Shown here: positions 1 through 13,245 of the stretch, one piece after another
Numbering within the stretch: position 1 is the first letter of the stretch
Layout: the number at the start of each line of letters is the position of its first letter
The notes under the pieces: generated by a model
What the model saw: only the letters and a program-made list of their open reading frames with translations
What the model was told of the DNA's origin: nothing
The model's database searches: none
NCBI GenBank assembly: GCA_951406725.2
Contig: OX597814.1
Span: 187,860,001 to 187,924,000, forward strand
Direction: 5' to 3'
DNA: 64,000 nt
DNA from: Octopus vulgaris
Lineage: Eukaryota
Program-made: the position numbers and the translations under genes

Positions 1-468
1 TAATGTCAAATTCACTTGCGAATTTGCAAGCTTCCTTGACAATAGAATGTGATTTTTTGCTGCTTCTGTATTTGCACAGAAGTTGCAGAGTCCAATTCTC
101 TGTACTGGATAAGTGCCTGTTCATTGCTATGGTGGAGATTTTATAGCGCAGTTCTATCTGCATCATTCCTCTTCCCCCATTATTTCTAGGTAGGTACAGA
201 CGATCAAAATCTGCTTTTGGGTGGTACATATTCTTAGAAGTTAGGAGTTTTCTTGTCTAAGCGTTGGAGCTCTGTTCGATTCCAGTTAATGATATTAAAA
301 CTTTATTGGACTACTGGTAATGCCAAGGTGTTAATGGCTTCGATGCGATTTTTAGAGTTGATTTCAGTTTTTAGTATGTCTTATTCTCCTGTACTATTCC
401 TTTCTTATTTTTCCTTCATGGTAGCATGTTGTATACCATATCCTTCGTTTATCCCCAGGTATTTGTAA
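1..468 (-). mobile_element. Non-LTR retrotransposon RT fragment (R4/Dong-like)
   Basis: Minus strand reads YKYLGINEG..KEKIRKEY..AINTLALPVV..DRLYLPRNNGGRGM, with stops and frameshifts. Confidence 0.7.
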
Positions 469-484
469 GTTGTTGTTGTTGTTA

Positions 485-873
485 AGGCAGCGAACTGGCA
501 GAATGGTTAGCATGCCGGCTGAAGTGCTTAGCGGTATTTCGTCTGCCATTACGTTCTGAGTTCAAATTCCACCGATGTCGCCTTTCATCCTTTCAGGGTC
601 GATTAAATAAGTACCAGTTACGCACTGGGGTCGATATAATCGACTTAATCCGTTTGTCTGTCCTTGTCTGTTCCCTCTGTGTGTAGCCCCTTGTGGCCAA
701 TAAAAAAATAGGTATTTCGTCTGCCGCTACGTTCTGAGTTCAAATTCCACCGAGGTCGACTTTGCCTTTCATCCTTTCGGGATCGATAGAATTAGTACCA
801 TTTACGCACTGGAGTCGATGTCATCGACTTAATCTCTTCCCCCAGATTTGAGGCCTTGTGCTTCCAGTAGAAA
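485..873 (+). mobile_element. SINE family A, partial tandem dimer (other copies 6297-6530, 39983-40400; degraded ~10.55, 21.9, 26.4, 31.3, 60.9, 63.1 kb)
   Basis: Pol III A/B-box-like TGGCAGAATGG and GAGTTCAAATTCC; central GCCTTTCATCCTTTCGGGGTCGAT..AAGTACC resembles the MetaSINE domain. Confidence 0.85.
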
Positions 874-2518
874 AGATCGTCGTCATCATCATCATCATTA
901 TTATTTCATTGTATACCCGTTGCAAAACTTCGTCTCATGCACAGCTTAGAGTGTTCGTTTAAGTTAATAACCAATATGAAAAGTTTGATTCGTTCTTTGT
1001 ATAAGTTTGTGGCTTTGTGCCAATATCAGTTATTTTGCTGGTAATTAATTATTCGACGACGAAACACCCGCAGCTGTAGAGTGTCAGCCGAAAGATATAA
1101 TATTCGGTGTTTATCCTTCCAGATTCGAATTTCGACAGTGTATATTTTTACTTTTCATTCCAGCCTTCCGTATCTCTAATATACACTATTCGATACAGTC
1201 GACTGTACATAGTGCTCCTTCAAAAAACGAAAATCAAAATGGATTTATACTGAGTGGAATATCCATTACATTATCAGAGAAAATTATTTGCGTTCCTGAT
1301 TTGACGTAATAAAAATCTATTGCGATAGTCCTAGCAAAACTTGTGTTCCGATTTCCATGAATGTTATGCAAGGGAGAAAACTCCATCTTTGGATGCGTTT
1401 TTATGCTCTCCCCTGTTAAAAAAAAATGCGCAAAACTTGAAATGATCTGAAAGTATTTTGAAAAACGTTCTGCATTTCTTTTGATCAGTGTTTCTTGACC
1501 TTTTCTTTTTTGCATCCTCCACTTTATAAACTCACCTTCTTGATTCCCGTCCCCTGTGTATGATTAAAAAAAAAAGTACTCTTGTTTACAACTCATTTGC
1601 ATAAAAATGTAATTTTTATTTAAAAATTAAATGGTGAGTTCATAGTGTTTTGCATCTGTGCTATTCTGTACTACAGAGTACATCATCATCATCATCGTTT
1701 AACGTCCGCTTTCCATGCTAGCATGGGTTGGACGATTTGACTGAGGTCTGGCGAACCAGAAGGCTGCACTAGGCTCCAATCTTGATCTGGGAGAGATTCT
1801 ACAGCTGGATACCCTTCCTAATGCCAACTTCTCTGAGAGTGTAGTGGGTCCTTTTACGTGCCACCGGCACGAGGGCCAGTCAGGCAGCACTGGCAATGGC
1901 CACACTCAAATGGTGCTTTTTATGTGCCACCTGCACAGGAGCCAGTCCAGCGGCACTGGCAACGACTTTGCTCGAATGTTTTTTCACGTGCCACCAGCAC
2001 AAGTGCCAGTAAGGTGATGCAGGTAACGATCACACTCGAATGGTGCATTTTACGTGCCATCAGCACGGAGGCCAGCTTGTTGCTCTGGCAACATTCACGC
2101 CCGTATGGTGCTCTTAGCGTTCCACTAGCACGGATGTCAGTCATCGAATTTGATTTCCATAGATTTTAGCTAACACAGTATGTAGTAGATAGATGTAAAT
2201 GCCTTTTCTCTATATACAGTATCTTTATAAAGAGAAAAATATGGATCAGGTGGACTAGTTTCAAGTCTGTGTTGGGACTTAATCGGCATGTGAGTACCCT
2301 CTGTAATTATCTATGCTGATACCTCTTATAATGTTATGACTTAGGTAATTTAGATAGACTAGTTTTCTTGTTATAACATATTTTGGCAGCTAGCTAGGTT
2401 TATATAGTTGTTACATCTGTCTTCTACTAGACAGTGTTGAATACAATTTTTAGCTGTATTCAGTATTACAAGATTGAGACAAGACACTGTTAATGCACCA
2501 ATAATTTATTACTCCATA

Positions 2519-2556
2519 AAATTGCATATTACAACATATGTTGTAATATGCAATTT
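2519..2556. repeat. Perfect 38-bp palindrome
   Basis: AAATTGCATATTACAACAT|ATGTTGTAATATGCAATTT with no spacer. Confidence 0.95.
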
Positions 2557-3336
2557 ACCTGATTTACTTAAGCCATAAATAATATTGGGTCTATAAGCAT
2601 TGTCTCTGTGGGCAGTTAAAGGAGGTCAGTTGCTGATAAATATATAAATATATATTGTCTTCTTATAATTTTTTCTTTAGTTTCTATAAATATACACTGT
2701 GCTCATTAAACAATATTTCTCACTCACCAGATAAAGTACTTTTTTTGTTGATCTTACCTTTGTGGAACAATATACTATATGTAGTTTACACCCCCCACTA
2801 AAGTTTATTTTTATTTTTGTGGAAAAAAGTGTGTAAATTACATGGGTTTTTATGGTATATATAAATGCACACACACTCACACAAATATATGTATATGTGT
2901 GTATGTGTGTGTGTGTGTGTTTCAAAAAACCAAAATGACAGTGCCATGTAGGACTAATAACCTTTGAAACACAAACAATCCTACACCATAACCAGTTGCA
3001 GAAAGTGAAATGATCAAAATGCAAATATTCTTGTGAACTATTCCAATTTTGACTTTGCTGCCAGGTCAAATGCTGGCTTAACTAGCTGTCTTCATGTTCA
3101 GGTTACTCGAAGTAGCTTAAGTCTCACATATGCAACTTATAAATTGACTGTATAAAAGACATTAAGGAGTGAATATAAATATTCATACTCATTAAATTGA
3201 ATAAAATTTTTTGTACTTACTATTGGGTTGTCCAGAAAGTTCGTGCTGATTTTTACAGGAAAGAAAAAAGTCAATAAATTGAAATTTTTACCATTAAGAC
3301 TATTCTACAGAGACCTGAATAACTGTGCTCTAAATA

Positions 3337-4211
3337 CAGGATGTTTAAAAAAATTTGATATCATTTGAGTTGTAAATATCACAGAAACTACAGAGTCAAA
3401 GCAAATGAAACTGAACAAGCTTAATGATTCATTCCTCCAAATCTGAATGAGAAATTAAAAAGTATGTGGATTCCATGAACGATTTCACAAATGTTCAATA
3501 TGCGCACCACCTGAGACATGGCACATACCAAGTCGGTAGTCCAGCTCCTCCTAAACATGCTGCAGCATGTCTTGGGTAACAGTCTTCAGTGCAGTAGCGA
3601 TTCTCTGCTCGAGTTCCTCTAGACTTGCAGGAAGAGTGGGGACATAGACCAGACCCTTCACATTGCCCCATGTTTGCGCTTTTGCTTGTCCTCTGCCGTT
3701 TTGGCCTGAATGAGCTGCAGCTTGTAGGGTTTCAATAGCAAGCATTTTCTCAGGACATGCCAAACTGTCGTTGTAGGAATCTGGGTTTCCAGACTTGTTC
3801 TTATTATGGACTTTTTGGGGCTTCGCAAGAGTTTTTGGCGAACCCGCTCGACTGTCTCTTCCAATGTTAGTGGTCATCCAGATCCTTTTGCCCTGCATAG
3901 ATAGCTTTCCTCTTTGAATTTTTTGTGCCATGTCCAAATCTGCATTGCTGTTGGTGACTTTTTAGTGAACTCTCTCACAAATGCATGCTGCATAGTCCTG
4001 TTTGACTGTGTTTGAGCATTCTCCAACTCACAAAAGACCTTTTCTCTTCCAGTGAATGCCATTTCTATACCTGAAAAGATAAAAACATCAAACATTAAAC
4101 ATAAAATTTTGACCTGTTTCTACACATGCTGTTAAAATTTGAAGTTATTTGAACTTGAACTGGCAAAGTTATTTGATTGCGAAATAATATCAAATTTTTT
4201 GAAACACCTTG
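3337..4211 (-). mobile_element. Tc1/mariner-superfamily transposon relic, catalytic core deleted
   Basis: TIRs TA|CAGGATGTTTAAAAAAATTTGATAT and ATATCAAATTTTTTGAAACACCTTG; frameshifted HTH (WHKKFKEE..RSPKKS..TTVWHVLRKCL..KPYKLQ) fused to the C-terminal VYVPTLPASLEELEQRI. Confidence 0.85.
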
Positions 4212-4333
4212 ATACATCTATTTATTTAAGGAAATTTCATTTCCCACCAAACTAGATATAGAACTAGTGTTTCCTTGGATGTAAACATTCCTTTATGAGG
4301 TTAACATATCCTCTAAGCAAATTTATATATATA

Positions 4334-4448
4334 CAGTAGTCCCCTGATATTCGTAGGGGCTACGTTCCTTGACCACCCGTGAAAAGTGAAAATCAGAAAA
4401 TATTGGACGTGGTCCATAAAAACGCCTATAAATATCAAAATATGACAT

Positions 4449-4479
<31 letters not shown>

Positions 4480-5025
4480 TAATAATAATTTAATAAAAGA
4501 ATGAAGTATGGTTACTCACCAATAATGAATGATATTGATTTAAGATGATGTCGATAAAAATAATGAAGGTAATGATTGCACAGCAAAGAAGATTTAATGC
4601 TCTTCAGGTGTTTTAGGGGATGGCGTATCTTCCTGCAAGGCTTTCTTGGTGGGTTTGAGAAACATTGTGAAGGGAAGTGACTGTCGTTTCTTCATGGTGG
4701 TGAGGAGAATTTTATATGTCTGTATGGCTGAAACGATGGCAGTTTTAAATTGGAGAGACCGAACCACATTGGGATCCCATACTTCTGCCTTCCCTTGTAA
4801 TTCCTTTGCTGTCCTTAAAAGGTCTGACAGATATTAGATTGCCAAGCCCACCTCATCCTCCTCTTCCTCTGGATCTGGCACTTCCTCCTCCTCTTTATTG
4901 GCAGGCTTAGTTAACTCTAACATCCTTGTCTGTCAGGGTTTCAGAGTGGGCATTGATGTGGTCATTGACCTCATCTTGCGTGATGTCATCAAAACCTTTG
5001 CCACCAAGTACCTTTACCAGTTTGG
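4334..5025 (-). mobile_element. pogo/Tigger-like transposon 3' fragment
   Basis: TA|CAGTAGTCCCCTGATATTCG terminus; minus strand encodes GGKGFDDITQDEV..acidic tract..WDPNVVRSLQFK, like Tigger transposase C-termini. Confidence 0.6.
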
Positions 5026-5270
5026 TAAAGGTACTCTATAAGAACTGTCATGGTGTGACAGTAATTTCCTAGTATTTGTTATTATGCTGGTATCGTGATC
5101 ACTGATTGTGGTAAAGTTATTCCTGAAGTTTAAGTTTTAATCAAATATACTGATAAAAACAGTAGATACTATATTGAATTACGTATTGAAATAAGATGAT
5201 GTGGTGTTTTTGAGGTTGTAAAACTACATTCTGGTGCCATTGTTCTACTTTTGTTCTTGTCTAATTTTAA

Positions 5271-5492
5271 CCCTTTCATTACCAACCTGGCTGAAACCGG
5301 CTCTGGCTCTGTAGTCCAATTGTCTTGTTTTCATCAGTTTTGAATTAAAATCTTTCACCAAACCTTAGTCACAATTTATGTTCCTAACACTAGCTTAATA
5401 ATAACTAAGTTATTTTACTAAATTCTTTGTTATATTTAAGATTAATTGAAAGAAACACAGTGCATCTCAAAATAAATACAGTAACGAAAGGG
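5271..5492. mobile_element. piggyBac-like MITE
   Basis: TTAA|CCCTTTCATTAC ... GTAACGAAAGGG|TTAA: TIRs with TTAA target duplication. Confidence 0.8.
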
Positions 5493-7024
5493 TTAAGGTT
5501 AATTACATTGCAACTGTACTTGATAAATATTCTCAACTCAATTTTGGCAAGTTTGATTTGCCTATGTTTGGGTTTGAAAAGGGAATTGACCTTTGAGTCT
5601 TTAAAAGTTATGTAAAGTTTGTGCAAAAGAGGTGAACAATTGTCTACTTCTATTTTTAACTGGAAAGTTAACTCTTTTTACTTCTGTATTTATGGTGTTG
5701 CAAGTAGTGGAATTGTCTTTTTGTGTATTTTAGTCATGTTATTTGTCAAGAGTTTAGAGCAATCATTGGCAACCTGTTGCTCATGGGACTTTCTGAATGG
5801 CACACCAAACCAAAAAATTACTTAAAATTTTTTATTAGTGTGGGCTTCCATATGATGGTCCATGTATCACCATGTGGTGCACTTCTTGAAAGAAAATGCC
5901 CAGGTGTGGCTGTGTGGTAAGAAGCTAGATGGAAACTGAAAGAAGCCCATCGTCAAAATGGCTGAAAAAGAAAAAGGTAAAAGAAAGATGCCTGGTTTAG
6001 AGCATATAGCAGTGTTTCATTCATAGATATTCTTTGTTTTGCCGCAGGTACAAGGAATTATTTGAAGGGTTTCATGTAATTAGACAAGGTATTTTAAAAG
6101 AAGTTAGGGTTGTGTTGAAATTCTTTTCCTCAGTTTCTTAAGGTTTAATTCAAAGTTTCCAAGGTGACTGGGAGAGACTTTTGTATTCTAAATCCATACT
6201 TGCTTGGGATAACCCAGAAGGGTTTCTGTTGCATGAATTTGAGTATGCTTCCCCCTTTTTCTTTAAATAAGTGTATGGTATACGGTTTCTCATATAAGGT
6301 GGCGAGCTGGAAGAATTGTTAGCACGCCGGGCGAAATACTTTTCGGTATTTTGTCTGCTGTTACGTTCTGAGTTCAAATTCTGCTGAGGTCGACCTTGCC
6401 TTTCATCCTTTCGGGGTCGATTAAATAAGTACCAGTTACACACTGGGGTCAATATAATTGACTTAATCCGTTTGTCTGTTCTTGTTTGTCCTCTCTGTGT
6501 TTAGCCCCTTGTGGGTAGTAAAGAAATAGGTACACAGTTTCTAATATAGTATTTGTGTGCTCTTCAATGAATAATCCCTAGGATGCTTTTTCATTTGTTT
6601 GTTCTTGATTTTAAGATGGGGTTTGACAGGATTTGATCAGGTGTACAGCATAACAGTCTAACCAGCAATAATGATACTTCTGGTCTGCCATATATTTGTC
6701 TATCTGACCTGCTTCTACTGAAATGACAAGACTAACCAAATATGTCAGCTTTAGTAAATGAAGCTCTCTGCTACTTTTGTGGATAGCAACTCTGTTCTTG
6801 AAACTGCAGCCAAAATATTTCTCCAAGTTTTTGACAAGTTGATTTGTCAATGTCAAAACATTGGATAGGTATGTTCAATTTTTCCAGTGCTCTCAAATTA
6901 TGGATATGGAAGTGGAACTTTTTCACTACTTTCTCTTCGGCACAAGGAATGTTTTGTATTCTTCTCCCATCTTGTATTTTATATCTGTATATATAGATAT
7001 ATATATATATGTATGTATATGAAC

Positions 7025-7473
7025 TAAATTCGATGACTGGCACCCGTGCCAGTGGAGCACTAACAGCTCCATCTGAGCGGGATCACTGCCAGAGCAGCTG
7101 TCTGGCTTCCGTGCTGGTGGCACGTAAAAAGCACCATTTGAGCGTGATCGTTACCAGCGTCGCCTTACTGACACTTATGCCGGTGGCAGATGAACAAAAC
7201 ATTCGAGCGAGGTCGTTGCCAGTACGCTGTACTAACTCCTGTGCAGGTGGCACATGAAAAAAAACCATTTGAGCGTAGCCATTGCCAGTACCAGTGGCAT
7301 GTAAAAGCACCCACTACATTCTCGGAGTGGTTGGCGTTAGGAAGGGCATCCAGCTGTAGAAACTCTGCCAGATCAAGATTGGAGCTTGGTGCAGCCATCT
7401 GGTTCGCCAGACCTCAGTCAAATCATCCAACCCATGCTAGCATGGAAAGTGGATGTTAAACGACGATGATGAT
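7025..7473 (+). mobile_element. SINE-like family D with internal ~65-bp tandem array and (GAT)n tail (other copies 1681-2150 -, 16625-16980 -, 27835-28177 +, 45663-46000 -, 46970-47300 -, plus many tail-only fragments)
   Basis: Shared core GAGTGGTTGGCGTTAGGAAGGGCATCCAGCTGTAGAAAC..CCAACCCATGCTAGCATGGAAA..(GAT)n. Confidence 0.85.
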
Positions 7474-7914
7474 GGTAGTTTAAAGCTCAACTTTGCCCAT
7501 GAGATGAGTTTCTCAAGTCTTTGTAAGATTTGCCTACTATCAGTGATTGCTGACATTGTTACAATCAGATCATCCATGAAAGCTCTTATTGGTGACTGCT
7601 TTGCATATTAGTATTTGCCTGGGCTCCATCTTGGAACCTCACCTCTGCTGACTTGACCTGCAAATTCATGGTGAGGGCAAAAATGGATGACTGAGAGTGC
7701 AGCCGTTCTCTAACTTGTATCACTCTGGTGTTCTGGTTACAGAATTATCTCTCTTTCAGAAGTTGTAATGATAACCCAGGAGGTAACTGATCTTGCTGGG
7801 AACATGGTGTCTTCAAAGAGCCTCCTGTAAAAATTTATGTGGTAAGAACATATAGTTGATTGTGATGTCCAATCACAAAACTACCAGATCTACTTTGCCT
7901 TTGTTTGCTTCTTT

Positions 7915-7977
7915 TAACTACCCATCTGTGTAACTACCCATCTGTGTAACTACCCATCTGTGTAACTACCCATCTGT
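7915..7977. repeat. 16-bp tandem repeat x4 (TAACTACCCATCTGTG)
   Basis: Read directly from the sequence. Confidence 0.95.
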
Positions 7978-8122
7978 ATACTCTAAGCAACCTGGTGTTT
8001 CAGTGGTACCACCTTTCTGTACTGAGGATATAGTAGAAGATACTTGCACACAGTGCCATGTAATTGGACTAAACTTGAATTGTGATTGCAGAGAGTTTTT
8101 TAACCATACAAGCAAGCCTGTT

Positions 8123-8203
<81 letters not shown>

Positions 8204-8292
8204 AGGGTAAAATTAATTAATTAACTAGTAATTAATAATTCCACCAAGTTGAATTCGGCATGAAAAAGGACCATTTTTCGGTAAACTTAAAC

Positions 8293-8818
8293 AATATTTT
8301 ATAATTACGAGTATAATTATAATTAGGATTCAGCAAAGATTTGCTTTATCACATACTGAAGTTTAGAAATAGCAGCCAAAGAATCTTAGCTATTTCTTCT
8401 ACCATAAGAAGAGACTCCCAGACAAAACAAAAATACTCAAAACAACCCACGTAGACAGAAAGGAAAAATAACGAAATTCATTCGGTATTTGATTACCTAT
8501 GGACACGTTTTGGAATTAGCTCAGTATGAACATTTTCCTCTTCAGCATAGTATTCCACGATATTAAATTTGAGAGCACTGGAAAAATTGAACATACCTAT
8601 CCAATTCAAAACAGTATCAGACAGATCATATTCAACATCCAGTACCGACAAATTCAAAACATACGAATGAGGTTCATCACCTTCGTCTGTTTTGTTCGGG
8701 AGTCTCTTCTTATAGTAGAAGAAATAGCTAAGATTCTTTGGCTGCTATTTCTTAACTTCAGTATGTGGTAAAGCAAACCTTTGCTGAACCCTAATTATAA
8801 TTATAGTCGTAATTATAA

Positions 8819-8824
<6 letters not shown>
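8293..8824. mobile_element. Fold-back/MITE-like element with ~135-bp inverted arms
   Basis: 8293-8430 is the near-perfect reverse complement of 8692-8824; flanked by (TA)n. Confidence 0.8.
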
Positions 8825-8856
<32 letters not shown>

Positions 8857-10738
8857 AAAGAGATAATGGTGTCATTGAGACCCAAAGATATCAGGTAATG
8901 CTGAATAAGTGCTATAGACAGACCATAGTTAAGTTCCAGATTTGGTAATATTGCAAATCTATACAGCCTTGGTTTTTTTTATCTTATTATGCAAAAAATT
9001 CTTATACACACACACACATGAACATAAATGTATATGTATGCATATTGACAGATCAACTGACACAATATATATATATATATATACAACCATAGAAACCATG
9101 CCAAATCAGACAATAGGACTTAATACAGCCCTCTGACTTGCCAATTCCAGTCAAATTGTCCAACTCATGCCAGCTTGGAAAACAGATGTTAGATGATGAT
9201 GATGTATATTACTTTATGGATACACATTCACTGGTATCAACTTACATTTCCAAATAATTTTCTCCCACTTTTATTTACTTCTGTTTGTATATGCATTTGT
9301 TTTAGTAGCATGCAAATAACAAAATTTACAATAATTGGTTGGTTGTCGGAGCACTCCGTCAGTTGCAATGATGAGGGTCCCAGCTGATATGATCAATGGA
9401 ACAGCTTGCTCGTGAAATTAACGTGTAAGTGGCTGAGCATTCCACAAACATGTGTACCCATAATGTAATTCTCGGGGAGGTTCAGTGTGACACAGTATGT
9501 GACAAGGCTGGCCCTTTGAAATACAGGCACTACTCAATATTGCCAGCTGAGTGGACTGGAGCAATGTGAAATAAAGTGTCTTGCTCAAGGACACAACACA
9601 CCGCTGGGAATTGAACTCAGGACCTTATGATTGTGAGCCGAATGCTCCTAACCACTAAGCCACGCACCTTCACAATAATTACTGACTGATACTAAACTTA
9701 CAAGGATTTGGTTGGCCTGAGGCTATAGTAGAAGACTCTACCCTAAAGTGCCATGTAGTGTGACTGATCCTGGAATCCTGTTGGGAAGCAAACTTCTTAC
9801 CACACAGCCATGTCAGCACCAATGTGAAGTTCATAAATTTGGACAAGTTCATATACCTTCATCATAGGCGCAGGAATGGCTGTGCGATAAGTAGCTTACT
9901 TACCAACCACATGGTTCTGGGTTCAGTCCTACTATGTGGCACCTTTGGCAAGGGTGTTCCACTATAGCCTCAGGATGACCAAAGCCTTGTGAGTAGATTT
10001 GGTAGACGGAAACTGAAAGAAGCCTGTCATGTGTGTGTCTGTGTTTGTCCCCCACCTTCGCTTGACAACCGATGTTGGTGTCTTTATGTCCTCGTAACTT
10101 AACAGTTTGGCAAAAGAGGCTGATAGAATAAGTACTAGGCTTACAAATAATAAGTCCTGCAGTCGATTTGTTCGACTAAAGGCGGTACTCCAGTATGGCC
10201 ACAGTCAAATGACTCTAACAAGTTAAAGATAGGAATTTATCTAAATTTATGAATTTCACAAACCAATGTATGCACATATTGAGGAGTATGTGAAGTTTGT
10301 AAAAACAGTGAAATTTTAAAGTAATCACAACTAACTAAATACAATTTGTGTGTCTTGAAAATGTGTAGAGCTTTTTACTGTTCCCATCCTCTTATTGTTG
10401 TGAACAAGGGGATTCAGCCTTTCTGAAACTGTAATATTAAATTGAATAAAGTTGATTTCTTACATGGACACAAGACCAGACATTTTATGAGTAGGATCAG
10501 TTCTTGATGGATACTTTATTTTATCAACTTTGGAAAGATGAAAAGCAAAGTTACCCTTGGTCAGATTTGAACTTAGAACATAAAGAGCCAGAACAAATGT
10601 CGCAAGGCATTTTTTTCCAATGTGGTAATGATTCTGTCAGTTTATGTGGAGGCTCGTGGCTTAGTGGTTAGAGGCTGACCAAAGCCTTGTAAGTGGATTT
10701 GGTAGACAGAAACTGAAAAGAAGCCCGTCGTATATATG

Positions 10739-10807
<69 letters not shown>

Positions 10808-11994
10808 TTGTGTGTCTGTTCCCCCCCCCCCCATATCGCTTGACAACTGATGCTGGTGTGTTTACGCCCCCATAACTTAGTGGTTTGGCAAAAAGAGACT
10901 GATAGAATAAGTACTAGGCTTACAAATAATAAGTCCTGGGTGTCGATTTGCTCGACTAAAAGGCGTTGCTCCAGCATGGCCACGGTCAAATGACTGAAAC
11001 AAGTAAAAGAGTAAAAGAGAGTAAGAGCAAAACGCTTCATTTCACATTGCTCCAGTTCACTCAGCTGGCAAAAATGAGTTATCCTGTGACGGACTAGTAT
11101 CCTGTCCAGGTGGGGAATATATGTGCCATGGAAATTGGGAAACCGGCCCTTTTGAGTTTGTATGTCTTGAAAAGGTAACTTTATCTTTTCTGCCAGTTCA
11201 TCATCTTAAATAAATAACAAGTAATACACGTCTATTATCCATTTTATGGTATCTTTAGCTTTTATCTTTTACTTGTTTCGATTATTGTACTGCAGCCATG
11301 CTGGAGTACTGCTTCGAAGAATTTTAAGTCAAACAAATCAACCCCAGTACTTTTTGTTTTTTTTAAAGCCTGGTACTTATTCTTTTGGTGTCTTTTTGCT
11401 GAACTGTTAATTAAGGGAATGTCAACAAAACAACACTGGTTGTCAAACAGAAACAAACACACACACACACAAATACGACAGGCTTCTTTCAGTTTTCGTG
11501 TACCAAATCTACTCACAAGCCTTTGGTCGGCCTGGGGCTATATAAAAAACACTTGCTAAAGGTGCCATACAGTGGGGTTGAACCCAGACCCATGTGGCTG
11601 GGAAACAAACTTCTTATACCGTCATACCTGCACCCTATCTAACTATTTTCACTATATTCTTCACACTTGGTATGCCAGTAGAAAAAATTGAGGACATTTG
11701 CACTAAATAGTTTTTTTGGCAGGGCAAACCACCACTAGTTACTTTAGATTCTTTTTCTTCCTTTTTTTTTTTAAACAATATATTGGATAGCCAGCTGATT
11801 TGATAACTGGTTTTCAGTGTGTTGCTGATAACCTGTTTTCTCTATGTCACGTTGTTTCTATGAAGGAGACATTTAGCTGTCATTACCTGAGGAAACAATG
11901 AAAAATAGAGCCTTTTATTATAAGGTATTTGAAGGATGCTGGTGAGTGTCCATCATCTTTGCAGATTTTCCAAGACTACTCTCCGGCTATCTAT

Positions 11995-12612
11995 CTGAGG
12001 CTTTATATAGCTATGGTATGACCTCACCTGGAATTTGCATCACCGGTCTGGAACCCCTATCTTGGCCAGGATATTAATCGTCTGGAAGCCGTTCAGTGAC
12101 GTGCAACCAAGAGAATACCTTCCATCAGGCATATGCCATATTCTGAACGCCTTACTTCCCTGGGCATGGACCCATTGAAACTCCGAAGTCTGGCAGCTGA
12201 CTTGGCAGACACCCATAAAATTATTAACCATCTTACTAACAATAATTCTGAGCACCTTTTCAAACTCCACCTGTCTAACACCTGTGGACATGTTTACAAA
12301 GTCAGAAAACAGCACAGCTCCCATGACTTTCGGAAACATTTTTTCACGCTAAGAGTTGCTGAAGCAGGGAACAGGCTGCTGGCATCAGTTGTTAGTTGTT
12401 GGAGCATTGCATCCTTCAAAACTTCCATGCTTCCTGAGATTTGCCAGCACTACACCTGATTTTCTCCCCTCCATACACACGCAAGCATGTATCTGACTCA
12501 TACACTGTTTGCTTTCCAGACATTTGTACATTACTGCATATGCTTTATATGCACTTTTGACAAGTTGTGGTGCACCTGAGCACTGTATACAATAATTTCA
12601 TTATTATTATTA
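11995..12612 (+). mobile_element. CR1-type LINE 3' fragment
   Basis: PHLEFASPVWNP..DINRLEAVQ*RATKRIP..YSERL..FFTLRVAEA; (ATT)n tail. Confidence 0.85.
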
Positions 12613-12841
12613 CCATTATTATTATTATCAATGGAATTGGCAGACAAATATTGTAAATTTTTTCACAAAATGCTATGGTAAACGAAGGGGAACTCTGGTT
12701 CTTAGGGTGCTCATGATTGGGAAAGTATTTGCTTTTTTAAAAAGTTTAAGTGTACGTTAGGGGCTACAATTTCATTGTTATGCATATTTTTTTCTTTTAA
12801 GAACAGTTTATTTATAATAATAATAATAATAATAATAATTT

Positions 12842-13245
12842 TGGCATCGAGAGTTACGCAAACGCCAGAACTGGGCGCCACTGCGTGGTGCCTAGGACTC
12901 CAAACTTGCCATCAAGATGTAGGACAAGATTCTGTGATAGCCTGGGCTTCCGAGGCCCACAGCTCTTCAATATCCTCCCGATGAACCTGAGAGACCTGCA
13001 TGGGGTGGATACAGATGTCTTTAAAATGGAGCTGGATCTCTTCCTGTCAGGTGTCCCAGATGAACCAACTTCACGGCAGGAGGGGCAGATGAGGGCAGCT
13101 GCATCGAACTCTCTCATGCACCAAATAGCAGTTGCTAGAAAGCCTCCATGAAGTGAAAGCAAGTAGCAACACCAAATGGCGGTGCCCCAGCATGGCCACA
13201 GCTCATAAGCTGAAACTGGAATCAATCAATCAATCAATCAATCAA
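12842..13245 (+). mobile_element. CR1-type LINE 3' fragment (second family)
   Basis: RGPQLFNILP..FKMELDLFLSGVPDEP; (AATC)n tail at 13220-13245. Confidence 0.8.

Larger units (their letters stand above)
6780..8005 (-). mobile_element. Hero/NeSL-clade non-LTR RT relic, interrupted by a SINE-like insert (~7.0-7.47 kb)
   Basis: Minus strand: PGCLEYT (~7.98 kb), GCTLS..FALTMNL (~7.7 kb), QSPIRAFMDDLIV (7563-7598, RT active-site motif), VKNLEKYF (~6.82 kb). Confidence 0.7.

Noticed and set aside
1845-2135. CRISPR-like repeat-spacer array
   Set aside because: The 'spacers' are homologous to each other, the array sits inside a dispersed eukaryotic repeat, and there are no cas genes.
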